Positions 9,771 through 17,547 of a DNA stretch of 64,000 nt are shown here, piece after piece. The notes beneath the pieces were generated by a model. The model worked only from the letters and a program-made list of their open reading frames with translations. It did not search any database and was not told where the DNA came from. This stretch comes from Myxococcota bacterium (GTDB taxonomy: Bacteria; Myxococcota_A; UBA9042; PHBI01; JAWLBL01): assembly GCA_041687695.1 (NCBI GenBank), contig JAWLBL010000036.1, forward strand, positions 11,384 to 75,383, in the 5' to 3' direction. A program made the position numbers and the translations under genes. How positions within the stretch are numbered: position 1 is the first letter of the stretch; each line of letters starts with the position of its first letter.

Positions 9771-10754
9771 ATGACGCCTGAATACCTGCATGCGTCTCCC
9801 GAGTTGATCGAGGGCCTCGGCCCGCGACGAGGCGAGGCCCTGGAAGCCGCTGGAATTGTCACCGTCGCGGACGTCGTCGCGTGTTCGCCTCGTAGGCTGC
9901 GCTCTGCCGTGCGGGGCGTCAGCCTGGGCCAAGCCGATGCGTGGAGAGCGGCAGCCTGGCTGATGCAAGTGCCCAAGGTCGACCAGCACCTGGCTGAGAT
10001 TCTGGTCGGGGCTGGGCTCGACACGCTCGAGCGAGTTGCAGACCGGAGCCTGAGGTCGCTAGAGCGCATCGTGCTCGAGGGTGTCAAGGCGCGAAAGATG
10101 GCTGAGATGCCCAGCCTGTATGACTTGGCCGAGGCTCAGCGCAGCGCATGGAAGTTGATGGGGAAGGGCGTCCTCGTGGGACGCGTCCTGGCATGGGACG
10201 GGAGCGCCGTCGCCGGAGTGGCAGTCGTGATCGCGAGCAAAACGCTCAGAACGAATGAGGCTGGGCGCTTCGCGTTCGTGGGGTTGCCAGCAGGTCGACA
10301 CCGGCTCCACGTCGATGCCGGGGTCCCGATGCCGCGGACGTGTGAGATTGTGCCCGATGGCCTCCGGCGGCTTACATCGATTCGAATTCCTCGGGTCGTC
10401 GAGGTTGCGGCGCAACCGAGCCTGACCGAAGCGGATGGCTCCTTCATCTTCCAAGGCCGGGGCCAGTCTCTACGGCTGAGCGACATCACGGTCGGGGATC
10501 TCCCGGACGACACCTATTTGGTTCTGCGCCAGATGGACTCGGGGGGCCACGCGAAGCTGGTTCACCTCAACAAGCGCTTGGCAGGCTCGCAGGTTTTGGT
10601 CGAGCGCCTGAGCGTCGACCGGGACTCCCTGCCCGCTGGGGCTTCGGAGGGGACCCTTTTGCATTACGTCAAAGGCGCCTTCGAATTGTCGGAGTCGACA
10701 CTCCGTGAGATCGCGGCGCGGCGCTTGGCTGTGACGCGAGTGGGCCGTCCGTAG
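9771..10754 (+). CDS. DUF4332-like helix-hairpin-helix protein fused to a carboxypeptidase-regulatory-like (Ig-type) domain
   Basis: GAGAGG RBS; IEGLGPRRGEALEAAGIVTVADV and WRAAAWLMQVPKVDQHLAEILVGAGLDT; later GRVLAWDGSAVAGVAV..TNEAGRFAFVGLPAG. Confidence 0.7.
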   Translation: MTPEYLHASPELIEGLGPRRGEALEAAGIVTVADVVACSPRRLRSAVRGVSLGQADAWRAAAWLMQVPKVDQHLAEILVGAGLDTLERVADRSLRSLERIVLEGVKARKMAEMPSLYDLAEAQRSAWKLMGKGVLVGRVLAWDGSAVAGVAVVIASKTLRTNEAGRFAFVGLPAGRHRLHVDAGVPMPRTCEIVPDGLRRLTSIRIPRVVEVAAQPSLTEADGSFIFQGRGQSLRLSDITVGDLPDDTYLVLRQMDSGGHAKLVHLNKRLAGSQVLVERLSVDRDSLPAGASEGTLLHYVKGAFELSESTLREIAARRLAVTRVGRP

Positions 10755-10773
10755 GAGCCTGGGAGGAAAGCTG

Positions 10774-11346
10774 ATGCTCTACTTCTTCGATGGAAGCAGC
10801 GGGTGTGATCTGTGCCAGGCCTTTTCGGGCATCTACGCCTCGGCCGAAGTGCGTCCTCATCCGCACTGTGAATGCACGGTCGAGCCGCTCGAAGAGGACA
10901 TGCTGACTGACTCGATGGACGACATCGAAAGTTTGCTGGACGATGGTTGCTACGTGCCGGACTCCCTGGTCATCTCGGAGAGCGATTGGACCGAAGATGA
11001 GACCATCACCCTGGACGATAGCTGCTTCAGCTCGGCAGGCGAAGCTGAACTGGAGATTCCAGGGGTCGAGGACGACCGCCTCGGCGACCTGAGCGAGTAC
11101 GCGGAGGCCGAAGGATGGATTCGACCGACCTCGGAAGAACGGACCGTGACGATACCGGCGCGGCCAGGGCATCGGACCGTCGTTCCAATCAGGAAACACT
11201 ATGTGACAGTTGACATCTTGGTCTACGTCGGTAGCTGCAACCCACCGCACATACCCACCGGGACGGAATACGGCAGCTTCACCTATTTGGCGGACGTGGA
11301 GGTAGGTGAGCCCGATTACGAGCCGTGCGACGATCGGATCGCGTGA
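10774..11346 (+). CDS. Acidic hypothetical protein with an N-terminal CxxC...PHPHCEC (MuF/phage head morphogenesis-like) metal-binding motif
   Basis: GGGAGG RBS directly after the upstream gene; GCDLCQAFSG..RPHPHCECTV; D/E-rich remainder. Confidence 0.6.
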   Translation: MLYFFDGSSGCDLCQAFSGIYASAEVRPHPHCECTVEPLEEDMLTDSMDDIESLLDDGCYVPDSLVISESDWTEDETITLDDSCFSSAGEAELEIPGVEDDRLGDLSEYAEAEGWIRPTSEERTVTIPARPGHRTVVPIRKHYVTVDILVYVGSCNPPHIPTGTEYGSFTYLADVEVGEPDYEPCDDRIA

Positions 11347-11362
11347 CGACGCAGCGTCCTTT

Positions 11363-12002
11363 GGTGCGGTTGCTCTCGTCGTGGAAAGTGAGCCAATCGC
11401 CGAGCACGGCTGACTGGAACTGGCCGGACCGCTCGAATATCTCGGGCGAAGGGGGGCAAGGTCTGGAGACTGTGGAGTGAGTGGGTCGAGGCGCCCAACG
11501 CCTGCTGTCTCATGCAGGCAGCGCCGTCGAGGATGCCCGCCTCGTCGGGAGTCTAGCCCGGTGCGTCGAACGGGGTGGCCACGGCGTCATCGACCACTTT
11601 GCTGCCATCGCACGTACGAACTTGCAGGCCGCCCGCGAAGCGACCGTCCACGGTGCACGCCAGACCCGGGCCCGCGCCGTCGAAGAGGGGCTGGACGCGC
11701 CATGAGAGTGCCCTGGGCGTCGTGTCGCCGGCGGCGTCCACTTGCATGACCGTGTCGGTGGCCTCGGGTTCGCCGTCTGCGACGACATCGGCGTCCACTC
11801 CATCAACCCGAGGGCCGGCGCACGCGCTCGGCAGGAACGTCGCGCAGGCGAGGATGAGGCCCAGGGGGGCCGATGGCGCGCGATGGGAAGCGCGATGGGA
11901 AGCGCGATGGGAAGCGCGATCGGGAGCGCATCGGGAGAGCGGCGCGCGGGCTGCGGCCGGACGCGGAGTGGGCTCGGCGGTGCGGCTTGGTGTGGCCTTC
12001 AC
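11363..12002 (-). pseudogene. Decayed, 3'-truncated paralogue of the 6673..8373 lipoprotein gene
   Basis: Shares ALSWRVQPLFDGAGPG, QVDAA, VRTCDG and RQQAL.ASTHSLH with that gene. Carries an internal in-frame deletion, a TAG at 11553-11555 and a +1 frameshift near 11444; homology ends near 11363. Confidence 0.85.
11878..11925. repeat. 12-bp tandem repeat (GCGCGATGGGAA)x3 plus one degenerate unit
   Basis: Read directly from the sequence; encodes RASH repeats in the pseudogene signal region. Confidence 0.9.
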
Positions 12003-12199
12003 GGCTGGGCCCGAGGGGTCGTCGGGGCAGGCTGGCGGGTCATGACTCTGTGGGGTCGGTGGAGGTGAGGTGGACGCGGTCGCCCGTGTTGCGCGGCAGT
12101 GGGATGCCTTCAACAGTGGCTCGAGGGGCGGCCGTCGAGAGGCGGTGAGTGGAGGTCGGCCAGGTTGTTCGGCTGGGAGGCGGGTCGTAGGATGCGGGC

Positions 12200-12640
12200 A
12201 TGAGCGAGGGACGTGACGAACGGGCGGGCGAGTCGGGCGAGCGGGGCTCGGGAAGTCAGGAGCTGCCGGGGCGCCGGCGGCTGGTGGTCGATGCGGCCAA
12301 TGTCGTGGGGTCGGTGCCGGACGGGTGGTGGAGGGACCGGCTGGGCGCGGCGCGGAGGCTGAGGGACGCGCTGGTGGGGGTCGCGGAGGAGGGGCTGCCG
12401 GAGGTGGGGCTGGCGGGGCCGCTGGAGGTCGTGCTGGTGGTCGAGGGGGCGGCGCGTGGGGTCGAGGGGTGCCCGGGGGTCGAGGTGGTGTCGGCGGCGA
12501 GGTCGGGGGACGACGCCATCGTGGAGCTGGTGCGCGAGGCGCCGGAGTGCGTGGTCGTGACGGCGGACCGCGAGTTGGCGCGGCGGGTGCGGGCGCTGGG
12601 GGCCGAGGTGATCGGGCCGCGGAGGGTGCCGAGGCGGTGA
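12200..12640 (+). CDS. NYN domain (YacP-like, PIN-fold) protein
   Basis: LVVDAANVVGSVPDGWWRDR, VVLVVEG, SGDDAIV and VVVTADRELA acidic motifs; TAGGAT -10 box 6 nt before the ATG. Confidence 0.85.
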   Translation: MSEGRDERAGESGERGSGSQELPGRRRLVVDAANVVGSVPDGWWRDRLGAARRLRDALVGVAEEGLPEVGLAGPLEVVLVVEGAARGVEGCPGVEVVSAARSGDDAIVELVREAPECVVVTADRELARRVRALGAEVIGPRRVPRR

Positions 12641-12772
12641 CAGGGGCTCGTGACGGGCGGTCGGGGACCTGTCGATGAGCTGCCGCGGAGGTGTGGGGCG
12701 CGGGTTGCCGTGCCGCGTGCGGGCGCCCTATAAGGCGGGCGGCTGATTGCTGCGGTCTCGGAGGGCTCGCCC

Positions 12773-14155
12773 ATGTCGCTTCGCTTCGTCCTGATGGTCA
12801 CGATGGTGCTGCCCGGGTGCGCGGGGGGCTGCGGCAAGACGCTGGAGCCGGCGACCGACCCCGTACCCGCGAGCTATGGGACTCCGGCCGAGAGCGTCGC
12901 GCAGGCCGGCGAATGGGTCGGGCGGCACGAGCAGCGGGCCCTGCCCCTGGAGCAGGACGAATGCTTGGAGCTGTATCTGCGCGCGGCAGAGACGCCGAGG
13001 GGCGGGCCGGAGTCGCTGCTGGTGTGCCGGGTCGAGGCGTCGCGGGAGCGGTCGTACGAGGGCGCGGGCAAGCAGATCGCCACGCTGGGCGCGAGCAATG
13101 CGCCCGAGCTGCGGGTCGCGGTGGCCGTGGGCGATGAGCCGGCGGCGATGCAGGCGGGCGAGGACAACGAGCATGTGGCGTGCGTGACGCTGCCGCTCGT
13201 GACGTTGTCGCCCGGGGACGCGGTGCGCCTGGCACTGTACGACGACGACACGCCGCTCGGGGATGGTCTGGGCGGTGAGCTCATCGGCACGGGGAGCGGG
13301 GCCTTCGCTGGGAGCTGGCCGCTTGAAGTGACCGGTGAGCACTTCACGGCCACCTGCCTGGCCGCCCCCAAGGCCGAGGGCGAGTGGCGCCTGACGCACA
13401 GCGCGCTGCCCATCCTGGACAGCACGGTCTCGCGGTTGCGCGAGGTCGGGGCGAAGGACGGGACCCAGCCGCCGCTGGCGCGGTTCGCCGACGAGCTGGC
13501 CCAGGCCCGCAAGTGGGTGGACTACGGGGTGCGTTACGTCGGGTGGGCCGAGCCGCGGCTGGCCAAGCGCCGGCGAGCGGTGCGTGAGGCGGTGGTGGCC
13601 GTGCTCGCGCCGCTGGCTCCCGAGTCGCGCCCGAAGCCGGCGTTCTCGTTCGGCGGCGAGGCCTTGACCGGGTTGGTGGATGCGGTCGTGTGCAGGCCGG
13701 GCGAGGCGCCGCCGCTGGCGCCGCAGGTGAGCCTGGACCCGCCGCTCGCATGGCCGGAGCCGCCGGCGAGGAGCTGCCGGCTGGGCCTCACCATGCACGC
13801 CGCGGCCGGCCCGGACGGTCAGGTGTTGCCGGGCAATCGAGCGCTGCCGCTGGTCGAGGCCGAGCTCGTCACGCGCTCGGGCGACGTGATCCCGCTCGAG
13901 GCCGCGTGGTGGGACGAGCGCGCGGGCGACGGCGTCTGGCGCCCTCTGCGCGACGCCCCAGGGAACGCCGGGGCCCTGCCGCCGCCCGGCACGCCCATCC
14001 AGGTGCGCCTCGACCCGCCGCGCGCGCTCGACTTCGAGGGCGCGAGCTACGGCGGCGCCTGGCTTTTGCTGCTGGGCGGCCGTTTGGGACGCGAGGCGCG
14101 GGAGCCGCAGCTGTTGCCGCTGGGGGACGTTTCTCGTTCCTCGGCGGAAGACTGA
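12773..14155 (+). CDS. Hypothetical lipoprotein
   Basis: GGAGG RBS; hydrophobic signal with LPGC/GGC; typical GC-rich codon usage; no family recognised. Confidence 0.65.
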   Translation: MSLRFVLMVTMVLPGCAGGCGKTLEPATDPVPASYGTPAESVAQAGEWVGRHEQRALPLEQDECLELYLRAAETPRGGPESLLVCRVEASRERSYEGAGKQIATLGASNAPELRVAVAVGDEPAAMQAGEDNEHVACVTLPLVTLSPGDAVRLALYDDDTPLGDGLGGELIGTGSGAFAGSWPLEVTGEHFTATCLAAPKAEGEWRLTHSALPILDSTVSRLREVGAKDGTQPPLARFADELAQARKWVDYGVRYVGWAEPRLAKRRRAVREAVVAVLAPLAPESRPKPAFSFGGEALTGLVDAVVCRPGEAPPLAPQVSLDPPLAWPEPPARSCRLGLTMHAAAGPDGQVLPGNRALPLVEAELVTRSGDVIPLEAAWWDERAGDGVWRPLRDAPGNAGALPPPGTPIQVRLDPPRALDFEGASYGGAWLLLLGGRLGREAREPQLLPLGDVSRSSAED

Positions 14156-14195
14156 TCGACGAGCGCCCGCGGCGCCGCGAGCGGCGCGATCCAGT

Positions 14196-14221
14196 GAGCC
14201 CCCGCGAGCGGGGGCACTCCA
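14196..14221. repeat. REP-like palindromic intergenic repeat, copy 1
   Basis: GAGCCCCCGCGAGCGGGGGCACTCCA (hairpin GCCCCCGC-GA-GCGGGGGC); 25/26 identical to 17492..17517; both copies are preceded by GGCGCCGCGAGCGG. Confidence 0.75.
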
Positions 14222-14272
14222 TGGGCGGGCGCGATGGGGGTGGCGAGAGCGCGGAGGGAGGGGCCCGGTTGA

Positions 14273-14362
14273 GTGGTCGTGACGGCGGACCGGGAGCTGG
14301 CGCGGCGGGTGCGGGCGCTGGGGGCCGAGGTGATTGGGCCCCGGAGGGTGCCGAGGCGGTGA
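14273..14362 (+). repeat. 90-bp direct repeat of the last 30 codons of the NYN gene (12551..12640)
   Basis: 86/90 identical including the TGA; all four differences are synonymous. Confidence 0.95.
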
Positions 14363-14446
14363 GGCGTAAGACCGTGGGGTAGTTGCGAGGCGGCGGCTCT
14401 GGGGTTGTTCGAGCGGTTCCCGGACCCGTAGAGTTCGCGCCGCGAG

Positions 14447-16735
14447 GTGGTGATGACGGCGACGGATTCGGTGGGTGAGGCGGGGGCGTGGGTGACGGAG
14501 GCGCTGCCGGCGGCGCTGGCCTCGGTGGAGCGGCCGGGGAGCTTCGCGGCCGGGGGGCGGGTGCGGTGTCCGATGCCCGCCATCGAGGTCGACGGGGTGG
14601 GGATGCTGGCGTGGCCGCTGCCGAGCATGCAGGCCGAGGCGCTGGCGCGGGCGGCCGAGCGCGCGCCGTACGGGCGCGGGGCGGAGACGCTGGTCGACGT
14701 CGACGTGAGGCGCTGCTGGCAGCTGGGGCCCGAGCGGCTGACGGTCGACGACCCGGGGTGGGAAGGGACGATCGCGGGCGTCGTGGACGAGGTGCGGCGC
14801 GGGCTGGGCGTGACGGGCGAGGTGCGGGCCGAGCTGTACAAGCTGCTGGTGTACGACGCGGGCAGCTTCTTCGTGGAGCACCGGGACACCGAGAAGGCGC
14901 CGGGCATGTTCGGGACGCTCGTCGTGGCGTTGCCGAGCGCGTTCGAGGGCGGCGAGCTGGTCGTCCGGCACGGGGGTGAGGAGGCGCGGTTCGAGTTGGG
15001 CGCGCGGCGGCCATCGGAGGTGGCGTGGGCGGCCTTCTATGCCGACTGTCCGCACGAGCTGCGGCCCGTGACGGCAGGCTGGCGGGTCGTCCTGGTCTAC
15101 AACCTGGTGCGTGGGGGTGAGGCGTTGGCGCCGCCCGACAATTCGATGGAGCGGACGAAGGTCGCGGAGGTGTTTCGGCGCTGGCGGCGAGAGGGCGGCC
15201 CGGTGAAGGTGGCGCTGTTGCTGGAGCATCACTACACGCCCGAGGGGCTGTCGTTCGAGGGGCTGAAGAACCGGGACGCGGCGGTGGCGGCGGTGGTGTG
15301 CGGCGCAGCGCGAGACGCTGGGTGCACGAGCCAGCTCGCGATGGTGTCGCTGCACGAGGCCGGGGCGGCCGAGTACATGGGCGGGTCGGGGCGGCGGTGG
15401 GGGCGGCGTTGGTACGAGGAGGCCGAGGCGTCGGACGACCCGGACGACTACGAGATCATCGAGATCTTCGAGCGCGAGCAGGTGGTCGGCGGGTGGCTGA
15501 CGCCGGAGGGCGGGGCGCCGGCGCTGGTTGGGGCGGTGGAGCTGCTGGACGAGGAGATCACGCCGCCGGGGGCGCTCGAGGGCCAGGCGCCGGACGAGCA
15601 GCTCTTCACGGAGGCGACCGGGAACGAGGGCGGGAGCTTCGAGCGGACCTATCGGCGGGCGGCCCTGGTCGTGTGGCCCGACGAAGGGCTCATGGACGTC
15701 ATCGCGCAGGGGGCTCTGGAGGCGAGCACCGCAGCGTTCAAGGCGCTGGCCGAGCGCGGGGCGGCTGGGGCGGAGCGGCTCGGCGCGCGTCTCATCGAGC
15801 GGATGGCGGCGCGACCCAGGCCGGGGGCGGACCCGCTTCGGGTGAGGCTGCTCGAGGGGCTCGCGCTCCTGGGAGACCGGGGCCTGATTCGGGCGATGGT
15901 GGAGCCCATGGCGCGGTTGGGTGCGCTGGCTTCGGGCGAGGCCGAGGCGCTGGTCGCGTGTGCTCGGGCGTTGGGGTGGACGGAGGGCGGGGCGCTGCTC
16001 GTTGGGCTGGCCGAGGCCGTGACTCCGATCGTGCCGGGCGCCGTGGCTGCGCTGATGGCGCGCGTCGCGGAGGTCGAGGACGAGGGCGCGCGCGAGGCCT
16101 GCTCGGTGCCGCTGGCGCGCGCCGTTCTGGGGGCGTTGCCGGACAAGCGCCTGTACGAGTGGACCTACCGTTCGGACGAGGGCGTGAATGCCGTGACGGC
16201 CGAGCGGCTGCTTCGGGCGATGGGGAGCCTCGACGGCGAGCTGGCCTCCGAGGCGCTGGAGGCGATGGTCGCTCGGTCGGACGTCTTCTTGCCCGACGAG
16301 GTGATGGTCCCGGCGGCGGTAGCGCTGTGGGAGGGCACGACCGAGCGGCCCGAGTGGCTGCGCGCGCTGCGGAAGCTGGCCATCGAGCACCTGGTCGCGG
16401 GCTGTGTGGCGCCGCCCGAGCCGCCGGCCGACTGGACGCGGGAGGCGAACGTCGGGTGTTCGTGCGCGAACTGTCGGGATTTCGCGAGGTTTCTGGCCTC
16501 GCCAAGCGAGCCGCGGTGGGTCTACAAGGCGGCGGAGGCGAAACGAAGTCATGTCGAGGGCACGATCCGCAGCGCGCGCAGCGACGTAGACTACGTGACC
16601 GAGAAGCGGGGAAGCCCTCACTCGCTCGTCTGCACCAAGAACCAGCGCAGCTACGAGGCGCGGCTGGCCAGATACGAGGCCGACGTGGCCCTGCTGAGGC
16701 GGCTCGAGCTGTCCCCGGACGACTTCGAGGCGTGA
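14447..16735 (+). CDS. Large 2OG-Fe(II) oxygenase family protein
   Basis: APYGRG, LYKLLVY, HRD iron ligands, FEGGELVV, AFYADCPHELRPVTAGWRVVLVYNL, LLEHHYT, EATGNEG; C-terminal CSCANC. Confidence 0.9.
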   Translation: MVMTATDSVGEAGAWVTEALPAALASVERPGSFAAGGRVRCPMPAIEVDGVGMLAWPLPSMQAEALARAAERAPYGRGAETLVDVDVRRCWQLGPERLTVDDPGWEGTIAGVVDEVRRGLGVTGEVRAELYKLLVYDAGSFFVEHRDTEKAPGMFGTLVVALPSAFEGGELVVRHGGEEARFELGARRPSEVAWAAFYADCPHELRPVTAGWRVVLVYNLVRGGEALAPPDNSMERTKVAEVFRRWRREGGPVKVALLLEHHYTPEGLSFEGLKNRDAAVAAVVCGAARDAGCTSQLAMVSLHEAGAAEYMGGSGRRWGRRWYEEAEASDDPDDYEIIEIFEREQVVGGWLTPEGGAPALVGAVELLDEEITPPGALEGQAPDEQLFTEATGNEGGSFERTYRRAALVVWPDEGLMDVIAQGALEASTAAFKALAERGAAGAERLGARLIERMAARPRPGADPLRVRLLEGLALLGDRGLIRAMVEPMARLGALASGEAEALVACARALGWTEGGALLVGLAEAVTPIVPGAVAALMARVAEVEDEGAREACSVPLARAVLGALPDKRLYEWTYRSDEGVNAVTAERLLRAMGSLDGELASEALEAMVARSDVFLPDEVMVPAAVALWEGTTERPEWLRALRKLAIEHLVAGCVAPPEPPADWTREANVGCSCANCRDFARFLASPSEPRWVYKAAEAKRSHVEGTIRSARSDVDYVTEKRGSPHSLVCTKNQRSYEARLARYEADVALLRRLELSPDDFEA

Positions 16736-16763
16736 CGCGCCGCAGCAGTGCCAAGTCTCCCAT

Positions 16764-16780
16764 GGCGCCGCGAGCGGCGC
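16764..16780. terminator. GC hairpin between convergent genes (also a partial copy of the REP-like repeat)
   Basis: GCGCCGC-GA-GCGGCGC between the stops at 16735 and 16788; no U-tract. Confidence 0.35.
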
Positions 16781-16787
16781 TGGCGTT

Positions 16788-17174
16788 TCAGTGAGCGGGC
16801 CGAGCCTTCGACCGAAACTGCACGCCTGGGAGGCCGTCGAAGTCTGCGTCCTGGGTCCAGAGTTCGGCGTCGTGGGCTCGAGCCGTGGCGAGGACGATGC
16901 TGTCGGCCAGGGGGAGGCGGTGGGCGAGGCCGAGTCGAGCGGCCGAGAGGGACAGCTCGGCGGTGAGCTCGACGATGCGCCCCTGATGCATGGCGGTGAC
17001 GGCCGTCAGGGCGTCGGTTTCGCCGCGCTGGCTCGCGATGCGGCGGTAGACCTCATAGATCGTGATCGACGGGACGACGAGCAACGCCACGTCTTCGATG
17101 GCCGGAGCGAACAAGGACGCGTTGGGCCCATCGGCGAAGTATTCGAGCCAGGCCGAGGAGTCGATGACGTTCAC
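16788..17174 (-). CDS. vapC: VapC family PIN-domain toxin
   Basis: VIDSSAWLEYF, SITIYEV, LPLADSIVLATA and LWTQDADF; overlaps the antitoxin stop (GTGA). Confidence 0.93.
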   Translation of the reverse strand: MNVIDSSAWLEYFADGPNASLFAPAIEDVALLVVPSITIYEVYRRIASQRGETDALTAVTAMHQGRIVELTAELSLSAARLGLAHRLPLADSIVLATARAHDAELWTQDADFDGLPGVQFRSKARPAH

Positions 17175-17407
17175 TCGCGGTCGTCCTCTCGCGGGACATC
17201 GGTGTCGAGCCCGGGCAGAAAGCCCCGTAGCTCGCGCATGGGGACGATGGGGACGAGCTCGATGCGGCCGCCGATGACCAGGGCCTGGAGCTTCTGGCCG
17301 GGCCGGATTCCGAGGGCTTCGCGCACGCGCCGAGGGAGGACGACCTGGTACTTGGAAGAGACCGTCAGGGTCTCGGACGCGGTAGGGATCGATCCGGGCT
17401 TCGTCAT
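17171..17407 (-). CDS. AbrB/MazE/SpoVT family DNA-binding antitoxin
   Basis: Lies in the last 79 codons of track ORF 17171..19471: TVSSKYQVVLPRRVREALGIRPGQKL; directly upstream of vapC. Confidence 0.92.
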   Translation of the reverse strand: MTKPGSIPTASETLTVSSKYQVVLPRRVREALGIRPGQKLQALVIGGRIELVPIVPMRELRGFLPGLDTDVPREDDRE

Positions 17408-17413
17408 ACGGGG

Positions 17414-17442
17414 AGGGTATCGATGGGATGTGGGTAGGTCAA
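17414..17442 (-). promoter_or_regulatory. Sigma70-type promoter for a leaderless abrB-vapC transcript
   Basis: TTGACC-N17-TACCCT-N6-ATG on the minus strand; no SD sequence. Confidence 0.6.
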
Positions 17443-17491
17443 CGTGCGGTGAGCCGAGCGCTCGGGGCGCCGCGAGCGGGGTGGGGCTGGG

Positions 17492-17517
17492 GAGCCCCAG
17501 CGAGCGGGGGCACTCCA
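17492..17517. repeat. REP-like palindromic intergenic repeat, copy 2
   Basis: GAGCCCCAGCGAGCGGGGGCACTCCA; 25/26 identical to 14196..14221. Confidence 0.75.
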
Positions 17518-17547
17518 ATGGGGCGCGGAGCGAGGGCGAGGCGGCGG

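Noticed and set aside
10774..11346. Prophage
   Set aside because: Only a short MuF-like motif is present; no terminase, portal, capsid, tail or integrase genes are nearby.
12728..16621. 1297-aa minus-strand ORF and similar very long Arg/Pro/Gly-rich ORFs (1218..3686, 17428..20724, 34978..38097, 47577..50246, 48722..51313, 51076..53505)
   Set aside because: These are shadow or alternative frames of motif-bearing genes; stop codons are rare at this GC content and no domains are recognisable.
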